Source: Thermoproteota archaeon
GTDB taxonomy: Archaea > Korarchaeota > Korarchaeia > Korarchaeales > Korarchaeaceae
Reading direction: 5' to 3'
DNA: 64,000 bases
Assembly (NCBI GenBank): GCA_027491435.1
Contig: JAOZFG010000035.1
Location: forward strand, 64,001-128,000
Of the stretch, positions 29,153 through 38,406 are shown piece after piece. Under the pieces are notes generated by a model. It saw nothing but the letters and a program-made list of their open reading frames with translations. It was not told where the DNA came from and did not search any database. Every line of letters starts with the position of its first letter. Within the stretch, counting starts at the first letter, position 1. A program made the translations under genes and the position numbers.

Positions 29153-30673
29153 GTGGAGTACAGGGATATTTTCCTGGGCATTAGGGCTCAAGTTCCAGAT
29201 GGGTGGCTTGTGTTAGCCAATAACAATACCCTATCCGCCCACCACCCCTACATGCTTACCAAGATGATCTTCTCGTCCCGACTCGACGCTAACACCCTTC
29301 TTAGGGAGCTGGTAAGCTACGTACAATCGCTGATAAGGGCTCCCCTAAACGCTAGGTTGTTTAGAGGTGAGGGGTTCCTTGAGGCTAAGGGTTATGCTCC
29401 AGGGTCTATTATACAGCAGGCGATGAGGATCCCTCCAGGAGAGTACGTGATAAGGGTATATCAACGAAAACCGACCCAAGGTTGGGCATCTCACGCACAG
29501 TACCTCAAGGAGCTGGATAGCTACATGAAGTTCGAACTTTTGGGTTCAATCGAGGCCAGAAAGGTTGACGTACCCGATCCCTCGAGGGGTATGGTGGCCT
29601 TCAAGACCCTGGTCCCGAGCTCATCTCAGGTTAGGTGTTATGCCCAAAGAGAGGCCCCAGTAATGGACATTAGGGGTAAGGGCTACCTGATATCCATGAT
29701 TCCCCCGATCACTTACGCTTACGGAAATCCGATGATAGTTCAGCCCTACATGATGTTAGGGGCAAAGGTTAGCCCCTACATGGACGCCTTCAGCTACGCG
29801 AGGAGCGCGTTAACGTCCATGGGGGAGGAGGTTAAGGATATAAGGCCTGCACCTATGCCTGGAAGTTTAACTCACTTGGTACTGGCTAAACTTGGATCCA
29901 CCCTATTGACAGGTCAACAACCGATGTTCAGCTCAGCCCTGGCTGAGTTGGACGACGGTTATGCTTGGGTCACCACCATAGGGGAGAGTTTCATGGGAGC
30001 CCAGCTATGGAGCGCTTACATATACTTAGCCAGGGGCAAGAATGCCCTATGGATACTCCAGAGCATAGCAGCACACTTCAGGGTTGAATTGGGGTGGAGT
30101 AAAACCCTTAAGAGGGAGAGTAACATGACCTACAGGTCGGTACTGGATTCGATCAGGTCCACCAGCAGGCTTAGCAGGCAAATAGCGAGGTCACTAGAGG
30201 CCAGCAGGCTTAGCAGTTACCAGCCCGACTACAGCTTTAATCAGAACTACAGCGATTGGTCAGACGATTCTGGTTACGACAGCCCGGACTATGATAGCGA
30301 GTGGAAGGAGGAGCCGGACACTGGGACGGGCATGGACACCTTCTACGTTGACAGCTACGGTCAGGTAAGGAACATAGACCTAGGGGAGGATGTCTCCTTC
30401 TACGAGATAGATGCGGAGGGCGCTTTAAGGGATGAGGAGGGCAATGAAGTTGGATATGTGGAGGACGGTTACGTCTACGACAATCAAGGGAATAGGCTAG
30501 GCTGGTTGGACGCCTCCATAAGCGATGATTGGCAGATGGAGAGGTTAGAGCAGGAGAGCTCAGACCCCTCAGAAGTCTTCGGCTACTACGATTGGGGAGC
30601 CCAGGTAAATGAGGAGTCTACGGAGACGCCCTACTACGTCACCAAAGAAGATGATGAGGACGAGGAGTACTAA
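29153..30673 (+). CDS. Hypothetical protein with long Asp/Glu/Tyr-rich C-terminal region
   Basis: 506-aa ORF with normal codon use; no family recognised. Confidence 0.8.
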   Translation: MEYRDIFLGIRAQVPDGWLVLANNNTLSAHHPYMLTKMIFSSRLDANTLLRELVSYVQSLIRAPLNARLFRGEGFLEAKGYAPGSIIQQAMRIPPGEYVIRVYQRKPTQGWASHAQYLKELDSYMKFELLGSIEARKVDVPDPSRGMVAFKTLVPSSSQVRCYAQREAPVMDIRGKGYLISMIPPITYAYGNPMIVQPYMMLGAKVSPYMDAFSYARSALTSMGEEVKDIRPAPMPGSLTHLVLAKLGSTLLTGQQPMFSSALAELDDGYAWVTTIGESFMGAQLWSAYIYLARGKNALWILQSIAAHFRVELGWSKTLKRESNMTYRSVLDSIRSTSRLSRQIARSLEASRLSSYQPDYSFNQNYSDWSDDSGYDSPDYDSEWKEEPDTGTGMDTFYVDSYGQVRNIDLGEDVSFYEIDAEGALRDEEGNEVGYVEDGYVYDNQGNRLGWLDASISDDWQMERLEQESSDPSEVFGYYDWGAQVNEESTETPYYVTKEDDEDEEY

Positions 30674-30710
30674 CGACAACTTCTTTTTTCCTGAAAGGTC
30701 CCCTTTACCG

Positions 30711-31298
30711 ATGCGTATGAGGGTGGGCGTCCTAAGGAGGTCAGCTCTAGTGGTGGTGGACGTCCAGAAGGACTTCATGCCAGGCGGGAGCCTGCCCGTA
30801 CCCGATGGAGATAAAGTGGTGCAGCCATTAAACGAAGTTATCAGGGAGTTTCAGGCGAGGAGGCTCCCTATGTTCTTCACCAGGGACTGGCACCCGCCCA
30901 ACCATATGTCCTTTAGGGAGAGGGGAGGTTCTTGGCCGCCTCACTGTGTACAGGGAACGGAGGGGGCCGAGTTTCACCCTGACCTTTTGGTTCCAGAGGA
31001 GGCTATCGTGATTAGTAAGGCAACCGAGCCGGACAAGGAGGCCTATTCCGGATTCGAGGGAACGGAGCTAGAGAGGCTGTTAAGGGAGAAGGGGGTTAAG
31101 AGGCTCTTCATCGGAGGCGTGGCCACGGACTACTGTGTGAGGGCCACCGTGCTAGACGGGTTAAGGTTGGGATTTGAGGTTATAGTCCTGGAGGACGCCG
31201 TGAAGGGAGTAGCCAAGGAAACCGCGGAGAAGGCCCTGAGGGAGATGGTGCTCGGCGGGGCCATACTAGCCAGAACCGATGAGCTCCTATTCGAGTAG
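30711..31298 (+). CDS. pncA: Nicotinamidase/pyrazinamidase (isochorismatase family)
   Basis: VVDVQKDFMPGGSL, DWHP..H, WPPHC and GVATDYCV. Start reassigned past the upstream gene's stop. Confidence 0.92.
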   Translation: MRMRVGVLRRSALVVVDVQKDFMPGGSLPVPDGDKVVQPLNEVIREFQARRLPMFFTRDWHPPNHMSFRERGGSWPPHCVQGTEGAEFHPDLLVPEEAIVISKATEPDKEAYSGFEGTELERLLREKGVKRLFIGGVATDYCVRATVLDGLRLGFEVIVLEDAVKGVAKETAEKALREMVLGGAILARTDELLFE

Positions 31299-31306
31299 GT
31301 GTCCCT

Positions 31307-31894
31307 ATGAGGAGGGCCCCTCTCGCCTATCGCTTGGTTTACGCTGTCGAGTACAGGGAAGTTTACAGGCCACTCCTGAAGTTCATAGAGAGGGATGGCG
31401 GAAGCGTAGTCGTTGACGTCGGAGGAGGTTACGGGATAGCCAGCGAAATGATAGCTGAACACGTAGATAAGCTGATAATGGTAGAGATAGAGCCTGAGAT
31501 GGCCGTAAAGGCTAGAGATAGGTTGTCCAAGTTCGGACACGTCAGCGTGGTCGTGGCCGACGCCTGCCACCTGCCCCTCAGGGATAAGGTGGTTGACACG
31601 GTCTTCTTCTTCGACTCGTTACATCACATAAGGGAGTCCGAGTGCGCCTTAAGAGAGGCGGCCAGGGTTCTCAAGCCCCTGGGTAAGCTGGCCATATTTG
31701 ACTTTGATGGGAGCAGGCTCATGACCAAGCTGTTGAGCCTTGTGGAGAAGGCCTTCGGGCTCTGGTCTAGCTTCTATCCCAAGGGAAAGCTCATTTCCAT
31801 GCTTGAAGGGATGAACTTCTCCATAGACTACGTAGAGGAGGGTAAGCTCGGGGAGCTTAACCTAGTGGCCACTAAACTTCCTCAGCGTCGTTGA
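31307..31894 (+). CDS. Class I SAM-dependent methyltransferase
   Basis: VVDVGGGYG, ADACHLP, SLHH and RVLKPLG. Confidence 0.9.
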   Translation: MRRAPLAYRLVYAVEYREVYRPLLKFIERDGGSVVVDVGGGYGIASEMIAEHVDKLIMVEIEPEMAVKARDRLSKFGHVSVVVADACHLPLRDKVVDTVFFFDSLHHIRESECALREAARVLKPLGKLAIFDFDGSRLMTKLLSLVEKAFGLWSSFYPKGKLISMLEGMNFSIDYVEEGKLGELNLVATKLPQRR

Positions 31895-32132
31895 GGGTCA
31901 TCGGTTTTGACCTCTCCTCCTCTGACCTCTTTTTCAGCAGGTAAACCAGGCCTAACACGAACTTAGCTATTACCGCCGTTATTCCCAGTAAATAGAGTGC
32001 CAGGGCTATTATCCCTATGATTAACAGCAACAGGACGGCTAAGAGCGCCCATACCCTCCATATAATGGGGAAGAGTATTATCAGGAGAGCTACTGTTATA
32101 GCTGCCAGAATTAAGGCTACTGCAGTCCTCAT
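31872..32132 (-). CDS. Small membrane protein
   Basis: Long hydrophobic stretch with a charged tail; co-oriented with the AIM24 gene. Confidence 0.7.
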   Translation of the reverse strand: MRTAVALILAAITVALLIILFPIIWRVWALLAVLLLLIIGIIALALYLLGITAVIAKFVLGLVYLLKKRSEEERSKPMTLNDAEEV

Positions 32133-32133
32133 G

Positions 32134-32820
32134 TTAACTCCTCTTGGGGAGGAAGGGCACTATAGCCGCAGCTAGCGCTGGGAGGCTCATGCTCTGCAGT
32201 ATAACCCTACCGGGCCCCGTCAACTTGGCCAGGAAGAGCCCTTCTCCTCCAAATAACATTGTTTTTAGGCCGCCTGCCCTCTCGACCTCGTACTCCACTG
32301 TAGACTCGAAGGCCACGATGTGCCCGGTGTCTACCCTGAGCACCTGCCCGGGCTTCAGGTTGTACTTAATGAAGTCCCCCGCTCCAGTTATCCACATGGT
32401 TCCCACTCCCGTAGCTTTCTGAAGGATGAACCCCTCTCCCCCGAAGAAGCCCGCGCTTAGCCTCCTGGTCAGCGTGGTTGACACGTCTACCCCCTCTTCA
32501 GCCGCCAAGAATGCGCCCCTCTCCAGAATATAGTCAGTGGAACCGTCAAGCTCCAGGGCCATTATCTTCCCAGGATAGCTTCCCGAGAAGGCCACTATTC
32601 CAGGCCCGCCCACGGCCTCATACTCCACTAGGAAGAAAGTCTCCCCGGAGATGACCCTGCTCAGGCCCTTCAATATACCCCCTCTGGCCTTAGCTTCCAT
32701 CCTGACGTTGCCAGACATGTGATTTAGCGCTCCGGCCTGAGAGTATATTCTCTCCCCAGGGTTTATCTCAATGATAACCATCTGGAGGTTGTCCCCTACT
32801 ATCTTATACCTCATAAGCAC
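32134..32820 (-). CDS. AIM24 / TIGR00266 family protein
   Basis: GETFF, GFFGGEGFILQ, VDTGHIVAF and GGEGLFL..LTGPGRVILQS. Confidence 0.92.
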   Translation of the reverse strand: MLMRYKIVGDNLQMVIIEINPGERIYSQAGALNHMSGNVRMEAKARGGILKGLSRVISGETFFLVEYEAVGGPGIVAFSGSYPGKIMALELDGSTDYILERGAFLAAEEGVDVSTTLTRRLSAGFFGGEGFILQKATGVGTMWITGAGDFIKYNLKPGQVLRVDTGHIVAFESTVEYEVERAGGLKTMLFGGEGLFLAKLTGPGRVILQSMSLPALAAAIVPFLPKRS

Positions 32821-32842
32821 TCCCTCTAAAAAAGAAGGGTCA

Positions 32843-33880
32843 CTATATGTAACCCTTAGCCCTCATCAACTCGGCCAGCAGGATAGCTTGACCCGCCGCT
32901 CCCCTGACCGTGTTATGGCCTAGAGTTAGTAGGAGCAGGGAGTCCTTAGAGCTGCCCTTGCGAACCCTCCCCACGGTCACTGACATGCCCTCGCCAGCCC
33001 ACCTGTCGTACCTGGGCTGGGGCCTGTTGGGCTCCTCCCTGACTACTATCGGCCTCTCAGGAGCCGTGGGCAGGCCCATCCTCTGGGGCTCACTTACGTA
33101 GTTCGATAAAGCTCTCTTAGCCTCATCTACGTCAACCTCCTCGTCGAACTCTAGGTGAAGGGCCACAAGATGTCCATCTAGCACGGGAACCCTGACACAA
33201 GTTGCTTGTACCTGAAAGTTAGCCATTTCCACAGTCTCTCCATTAAATTTGCCCAAGAGCTTCCTGCTCTCCCTTACCAGCTTCTCCTCCTCTGAGGGTA
33301 TGTAGGGGATGAGGTTGTCCACTATGTCGTAGGACGGCACCCCCGGATAACCGGCTCCAGAGAGGGCCTGGTAGCTACAGACATTAACTTTCCTGACGCG
33401 ATACTTGTCGTGGAGGGGCTTCATTGGAAGCACAGCCATTGTAGTCGTGCAGTTTGGATCCGTGGCCGCGGGCCCCAGCCCCTCGGCCCTCTGAACCTCA
33501 ATCAAGGCCAGGTGGTCTGGGTTCACATCTGGTATGATTAGGGGGACCAGGGGTTCCATCCTGAGGGCGCTGGCGTTGCTTACCAAAGGTATGTTAGCTT
33601 TCATTATCTCTGGCTCTATCACCTTGGCCTCCGAGGAGGGGAGGGCCGAGAATATGAGGTCTACGCCCTTAAGCGAGGACAGGTCCGTGGGCTGGACCTC
33701 TATCTCAGCCACGTCCTCCGGCAAGGGAGATTCAATCCTCCAGTTGACCGCCTCCCCGTACTTCTTACCGACGCTTGCCTTGCCCGTCAACACTGAGATC
33801 TCAAACCAGGGGTGCTTGTGGAGCATCTGAACGAACCTCTGGCCTACGGCCCCTGTAGCCCCTAACACGGCTACCTTCAT
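32843..33880 (-). CDS. asd: Aspartate-semialdehyde dehydrogenase (archaeal type)
   Basis: GATGAVGQ, PNCTT, QALSGAGYPG, RVPVLDGH and HNTVRGAAG. Confidence 0.95.
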   Translation of the reverse strand: MKVAVLGATGAVGQRFVQMLHKHPWFEISVLTGKASVGKKYGEAVNWRIESPLPEDVAEIEVQPTDLSSLKGVDLIFSALPSSEAKVIEPEIMKANIPLVSNASALRMEPLVPLIIPDVNPDHLALIEVQRAEGLGPAATDPNCTTTMAVLPMKPLHDKYRVRKVNVCSYQALSGAGYPGVPSYDIVDNLIPYIPSEEEKLVRESRKLLGKFNGETVEMANFQVQATCVRVPVLDGHLVALHLEFDEEVDVDEAKRALSNYVSEPQRMGLPTAPERPIVVREEPNRPQPRYDRWAGEGMSVTVGRVRKGSSKDSLLLLTLGHNTVRGAAGQAILLAELMRAKGYI

Positions 33881-33889
33881 GGGATCACC

Positions 33890-35053
33890 TCAGGCCAGCA
33901 CCGACCTCAAGTGGGTGGCCACCTCTTCCCTCTTTTCCCAGTCCACGAATATGGCAACCCTGTTGTGAACGGTCTGCACCCCGAATATATTTATCCCCCT
34001 TTCCGCCAAGGGCTCGGTGATCTTACTGACTATCCCGGGGATTTCCTCTATGGCCGCGCCCCAAACCTTTATCATGGCTAGTCCTTCCTTTAAGGTCACG
34101 GCCTTCACCTTGCCCTGATCTACGAGCTTGTGAGCTTCTTCCAGTACTTTTTCCACGTTAGAGTCTACGTAAACTATGGCCGCGTTATCCAAGTAGCTTA
34201 TGGATATTGAGTCCTTGAAGTTGTGAGGTATCTTTTCCTTAAGCACTAGGGTTATCATGCTGACCTTCTTAGGGTGAACGTCCACCTCCAGCGGTGGTAT
34301 GTACCCGCTCACCACGGTTCCGCCTGACGTCAGCCCCTCCTCTTCTGCCGGGACAACCCTGAGCCTTATCTTAGGAGTTAGGTACCTTAGGGCCTTATGA
34401 TGCAGCACTTTAGCCCCTCCTAGAGAGACTAGGAGGGCCTCTGAGGCGTCGAGTTCATCTAGTTTTTTAGCGTCCCTCATGACCTTGGGATCTGCTGTGA
34501 GGACACCGGGGGAGTCCTTGACCAGTATCACCTCATCTGCTTTGAGGCACCTGGCCAGCACAACTGCCGTCGTGTCGGAGCCTCCCCTGCCAAGGGTAGT
34601 GAGTCTCCCATCCCTTGACTTGCCTAAATAACCACAGACTACCGGCACTGAATCCTTTAAGAGAGGCTCCAGGTTTGATATGGTCGCCCCACAAGTCCTA
34701 TGTAGGTCGACGTTCGCGTCGCCGAACCTCTCATCTGTATACACGGGCCAGAAAGGAGAGCTGGGGTCTATGGCCACTGCCTTGACTCCAAGCCTGTTGA
34801 GGGACGCTGCCATCAGCCTGGCAGAGAGTACCTCACCTAAGCCGGCTATGGAGTCCAACATTTCCTCGTCAGCTCCCACTTCCTTACCTAACTGTATCAG
34901 CCTGTCGGTCTCCCCCTTCATTGCCGATACCACTAACACGATCTTGTGCCCCATTTCCAGCTCTTTCTTCACCTTTTTAGCCATTAGATAGAAGTCTCTG
35001 GGCTTTTTGAGTACGCTCCCCCCTAGCTTAACCACTACCTTCTTTCCCACCAT
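33890..35053 (-). CDS. lysC: Aspartate kinase with C-terminal ACT domain
   Basis: VVKLGGS, VVSAM..ETD, TTLGRGGSDTTA and TADPK. Confidence 0.93.
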   Translation of the reverse strand: MVGKKVVVKLGGSVLKKPRDFYLMAKKVKKELEMGHKIVLVVSAMKGETDRLIQLGKEVGADEEMLDSIAGLGEVLSARLMAASLNRLGVKAVAIDPSSPFWPVYTDERFGDANVDLHRTCGATISNLEPLLKDSVPVVCGYLGKSRDGRLTTLGRGGSDTTAVVLARCLKADEVILVKDSPGVLTADPKVMRDAKKLDELDASEALLVSLGGAKVLHHKALRYLTPKIRLRVVPAEEEGLTSGGTVVSGYIPPLEVDVHPKKVSMITLVLKEKIPHNFKDSISISYLDNAAIVYVDSNVEKVLEEAHKLVDQGKVKAVTLKEGLAMIKVWGAAIEEIPGIVSKITEPLAERGINIFGVQTVHNRVAIFVDWEKREEVATHLRSVLA

Positions 35054-35301
35054 TTCACCCCCGACAGGGCCTCAGCGATTATCTCCCCCGCTTTGGTGAG
35101 CCTTACTGGTTCTCCATTACCGAACTCCACCAACTTCAGCTTTCTCAGGTCCCTGAGGGCGAACCAGTAGGACGATAGCGGTATGTTTAACTTGTTTTCG
35201 GCGATCTTAGCCAGGGTGGAGGCGGATACCCTACCGTTGTTTTCCCTTACCAAGCTTATCACTGCCTTCTGCCTCTGGGTTAGTTTGAAAAGCCCAAACA
35301 T
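35035..35301 (-). CDS. Small winged-HTH protein leading the ask-asd operon (may start at ATA 35337)
   Basis: LNIPLSSYWFALRDLRKLKLVEF...VRLTKAG wHTH pattern; overlaps the ask start. Confidence 0.75.
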   Translation of the reverse strand: MFGLFKLTQRQKAVISLVRENNGRVSASTLAKIAENKLNIPLSSYWFALRDLRKLKLVEFGNGEPVRLTKAGEIIAEALSGVKWWERR

Positions 35302-35321
35302 AATGAGGGATTCCCTCAGGT

Positions 35322-35381
35322 TTAAATCAGTCGATATTGGCGGGACATCACCATCTCCCCTCCAAATTGGCGGGACATCAT
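35322..35381 (-). other. Putative leader ORF MMSRQFGGEMVMSRQYRLI* containing a 30-bp-period direct repeat
   Basis: GAGGTGGAG RBS directly before ATGATG. ATTGGCGGGACATCA occurs at 35336 and 35366; TATA-like TTTATAA at ~35418-35424. Confidence 0.45.
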
Positions 35382-35490
35382 CTCCACCTCGCCTTTTCGC
35401 CGTGATCTCCTATTATCCTTATAAAGTTATCGTGTGATCCAGATCGAACTTTGACTATTAACTTCGTCATAATTTGTTAATAATTTAAAT

Positions 35491-35910
35491 TTAGTAGTCC
35501 TTAAGGTGAACCGCCTCCACGATGACTGAGGCCTTCCTAATCAGCTCCTCATCTGCCGTCAACAGTATGGCCCTCTCCGATTTAGCCAAGGCCATGTAAA
35601 CGGCGTCGTAGTATGTGATGTTACTACTCACTGATAGGAAGATCGCTTCTAATAGTTCGCTCTCCTTCAGCTCCCTCCAAACTTTCAGCTTGAGGAACGT
35701 GTCTAAGGCTGAGGCGGCCTCTTCCTCTTCAATGAACCCTAACTTGACAGCCTTCCAGAGGGAGTTACCGACCTCGTAAACTACTAGGGAGGGAGCCACT
35801 ACGTCTATTTCCCCTTTAAGGAAGTCCTCAAGCACTTTAGCAGCTTTATCCGAAAGCTCTTCATTTAATAAGAACCTAGCAGCAACTGAAGCGTCGAGTA
35901 CGTACTTCAC
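35491..35910 (-). CDS. vapC: PIN-domain toxin VapC
   Basis: YVLDASVA, YEVGNSL, TYYDAVY and LLTAD. Confidence 0.92.
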   Translation of the reverse strand: MKYVLDASVAARFLLNEELSDKAAKVLEDFLKGEIDVVAPSLVVYEVGNSLWKAVKLGFIEEEEAASALDTFLKLKVWRELKESELLEAIFLSVSSNITYYDAVYMALAKSERAILLTADEELIRKASVIVEAVHLKDY

Positions 35911-36125
35911 CTGCTCCTTCCCTCCCTCACTGTCGAGTCCACGAACCCCCTTGGAACTTTCCTCTTTCCCTCCTTTAGCTCCTTTAACAACTTTTCAGCC
36001 GCTTTCCTCTTCTCTTCTAGCTCTATTCTCCTCCTTATCGCCTCTCTTATGTATTCAGACCAGTTTATCTTAACCTCCCTCATCTTCCTCTTGAGCTCCT
36101 CGTCAATCCTAATTGTTATGCTCAT
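35907..36125 (-). CDS. vapB: RHH antitoxin VapB
   Basis: ITIRIDEELKRKM...INWSEYIREAI; overlaps the vapC start. Confidence 0.88.
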   Translation of the reverse strand: MSITIRIDEELKRKMREVKINWSEYIREAIRRRIELEEKRKAAEKLLKELKEGKRKVPRGFVDSTVREGRSR

Positions 36126-36310
36126 ACGTTATTACAACTAGTATTTACATTTAAGTTTGGAAGCGACGTTCGCGCCAAGTTAGGCCCGAATTTACGATAA
36201 ACGCACTTTGTAGTCCGTTTATCAAACCTTCAAGTATATAGTTTTTGTCGAAGATGATAAAGTTAATTAGCTAACGGGCACCCATATTTCAAAATACGGA
36301 GGTGGTTTAA

Positions 36311-38041
36311 TTGGTCGGAATACTTGAGACCCCCTCCCTCTGGATAATCGGTGCCCTTGTCGCCTATGGCATAGCTTACTCAGTCTACGCCAAATGGGTC
36401 GACGAGAAGATATGGGAGGTCAGCGAGTCGAGAACTACTCCGGCCCACATGTACATGGATGGAGTTGAGTACTTCCCCGTCAGCAGGTACGTCCTCTACG
36501 GGTTCCAGTTCAAGAGCATTGCAGCTTTAGGACCTATACTGGGGCCTTTCATAGCCGTCGCTTACGGCTGGGTCCCAGCCCTGATATGGATAATATTGGG
36601 TAACTTCTTCATAGGGTGGGTTCAGGACTACAGCGCTATAATGCTTACAGTTAGGAATGAAGGCAGGTCTCTCGGCCCTCTCGTCTATAGCGTTGCTGGA
36701 GAAAGGGGAAGGAAAATACTTCTGTCCTACCTGCTGTTCTACCTGCTCATAATATCAGCGGTGTTCATATACCTGGTCTCCCTGTTCTGGAACATATTCC
36801 CGGGATCCTTCATAGCCACCTTGGGCATAATGGTGACCGCCTTCATAACCGGGGAGCTCCTCTACAAATATAAGATGGATATATTCGTCGTGACTGGTTT
36901 GGCCATAGTGCTCACCTTGATAAGCGTCGGCATTGGTACCGTGGTGGCCTGGCCGCCCAAGGACTTCCTGGGCAAGGACTGGACCGTTACCTTCTGGTCC
37001 CTGGTGCTGGCAGTCATACTCTTCTACGGAGCCATAGCTCCGCTGCCTAAGTTCATAACCCCGATGAACTTCGTCTCAGTGTTCCCTGCGATAGGCGGGG
37101 TGCTCCTAATAATACTCGGAGCCTTGCTCACCCCGATATTTGGGATAACGGTTAACCAGCCCACCTTCAAGGGGTGGTATGTAGAGAACGTCGGGCCCAT
37201 ATTCCCGATACTCTTCGTCTCCATAGCATGTGGCGCCATATCCGGATGGCACAGCTTAGTGGGCACTTCCACCACTGGAAAGCAACTCGACGTTGAGACT
37301 GACGCAAGGCCCGTTGGAGCTGGCGCCATGCTCACCGAAGGCCTCCTGGCCACTGCAGCCCTTGCATCCTACATGGTCGTCTCCGCCGACGTGATAAAGG
37401 CTGGTAAGATAGGGGCTTTCGTCACCGGGGCTACACTGCTCACCAAGTCCTACCTGGGAGGAGACGTCGCTGCCGCTTACCTCAAGACGTTCTTCTCTAT
37501 ATTCCTGGTGATATACGCCATAACCGTGCAGACCCTCGTCACCAGGTACTGGCGTGTCTTCAGTGCTGAACTCTTCACCGGAAACTGGTCCTGGCTCGGC
37601 AACAAGTACGTGGCCACTGCGGTCGGCCTTATAATACCCATAGTGTTCGCCCTCTCCGGAAGCTGGATAAATCTCTGGATATACTTCGGAGGAAGCAACC
37701 AGCTCCTCGCCAGCTTAGCCCTTACGTTAGTTGCGGTGTACGTGGTTAGGATGAAGAAGCCAAGCTGGTACGCTGCAGTGCCAGCAATGTTCATGACAAT
37801 AGTCACTTTATCAGCTTTGCTTTGGGAGATATACACGTTCGGCCTTAGCACCTTCGGTATAAAGAAGCCTTTGGCCAAGCCGCCTCTCTCCAATTACCCG
37901 GCCGCTGCCTGGGCTCTCAACGCAGTGTTCTTCCTGATAGGCATCGCTTTATTCGTTTTAGGCCTCTACATGAGCTATCTCCTCTGGACAGCCTTCTTCA
38001 AGTCCAGAAAAGGGGAAGTAGAGGTTACGGCTAGAGCCTAA
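36311..38041 (+). CDS. cstA: Carbon starvation protein A (CstA) family transporter
   Basis: TPAHMYMDGVEYFP, FKSIAALGPILGP, GWVPALIWI, IACGAISGWHSL, GAMLTEG and FGGSNQLLA; GGAGGTG RBS. Confidence 0.93.
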   Translation: MVGILETPSLWIIGALVAYGIAYSVYAKWVDEKIWEVSESRTTPAHMYMDGVEYFPVSRYVLYGFQFKSIAALGPILGPFIAVAYGWVPALIWIILGNFFIGWVQDYSAIMLTVRNEGRSLGPLVYSVAGERGRKILLSYLLFYLLIISAVFIYLVSLFWNIFPGSFIATLGIMVTAFITGELLYKYKMDIFVVTGLAIVLTLISVGIGTVVAWPPKDFLGKDWTVTFWSLVLAVILFYGAIAPLPKFITPMNFVSVFPAIGGVLLIILGALLTPIFGITVNQPTFKGWYVENVGPIFPILFVSIACGAISGWHSLVGTSTTGKQLDVETDARPVGAGAMLTEGLLATAALASYMVVSADVIKAGKIGAFVTGATLLTKSYLGGDVAAAYLKTFFSIFLVIYAITVQTLVTRYWRVFSAELFTGNWSWLGNKYVATAVGLIIPIVFALSGSWINLWIYFGGSNQLLASLALTLVAVYVVRMKKPSWYAAVPAMFMTIVTLSALLWEIYTFGLSTFGIKKPLAKPPLSNYPAAAWALNAVFFLIGIALFVLGLYMSYLLWTAFFKSRKGEVEVTARA

Positions 38042-38066
38042 AATACACCACTTCTTTTTTATTCTT
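38042..38066 (+). terminator. Possible internal oligo-T terminator between cstA and the downstream genes
   Basis: cacttcttttttattctt just after the cstA stop. Confidence 0.35.
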
Positions 38067-38085
38067 GGGATAGTTCGTAAAGGGG

Positions 38086-38397
38086 GTGTGTATATTGCCA
38101 TTATTCGGTAGAAAGAAGAAGAGAGAGAAAAAAGATAAGGGGGATGCAGGGGTCAAGGACGCCGTAAAGGGCGTCCTCTACGGGTTTGCAGTACATGGGG
38201 CTGCAACTGCTGCTCTTAAGACTAGAATGCACATGGAGCACCTGTTTATGCTCATGACGCTGGGAGACATGCTGGGATTCCCGATAATTCCCCCGTACTA
38301 CTCGTTGAGAATTCTTCCTTACGTGGTTCCTAACATAAAGTCTTGGAAGGAGAGGCTGTTCAGGGAGAGGGACTTTACCGACCTGTTGAGCGGCTAG
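38086..38397 (+). CDS. Small CstA/ArsA-associated protein (resembles the cory-CC-star-type proteins)
   Basis: EHLFMLMTLGDMLGFPIIPPYYSLRILPY core; located between cstA and the ArsA genes. TTG 38095 is an alternative start. Confidence 0.75.
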   Translation: MCILPLFGRKKKREKKDKGDAGVKDAVKGVLYGFAVHGAATAALKTRMHMEHLFMLMTLGDMLGFPIIPPYYSLRILPYVVPNIKSWKERLFRERDFTDLLSG

Positions 38398-38406
38398 GGT
38401 GTCTAA

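Noticed and set aside
35336-35390. Mini CRISPR array
   Set aside because: Only two 15-bp copies at a 30-bp period, too short for repeat-spacer units, and no cas genes.
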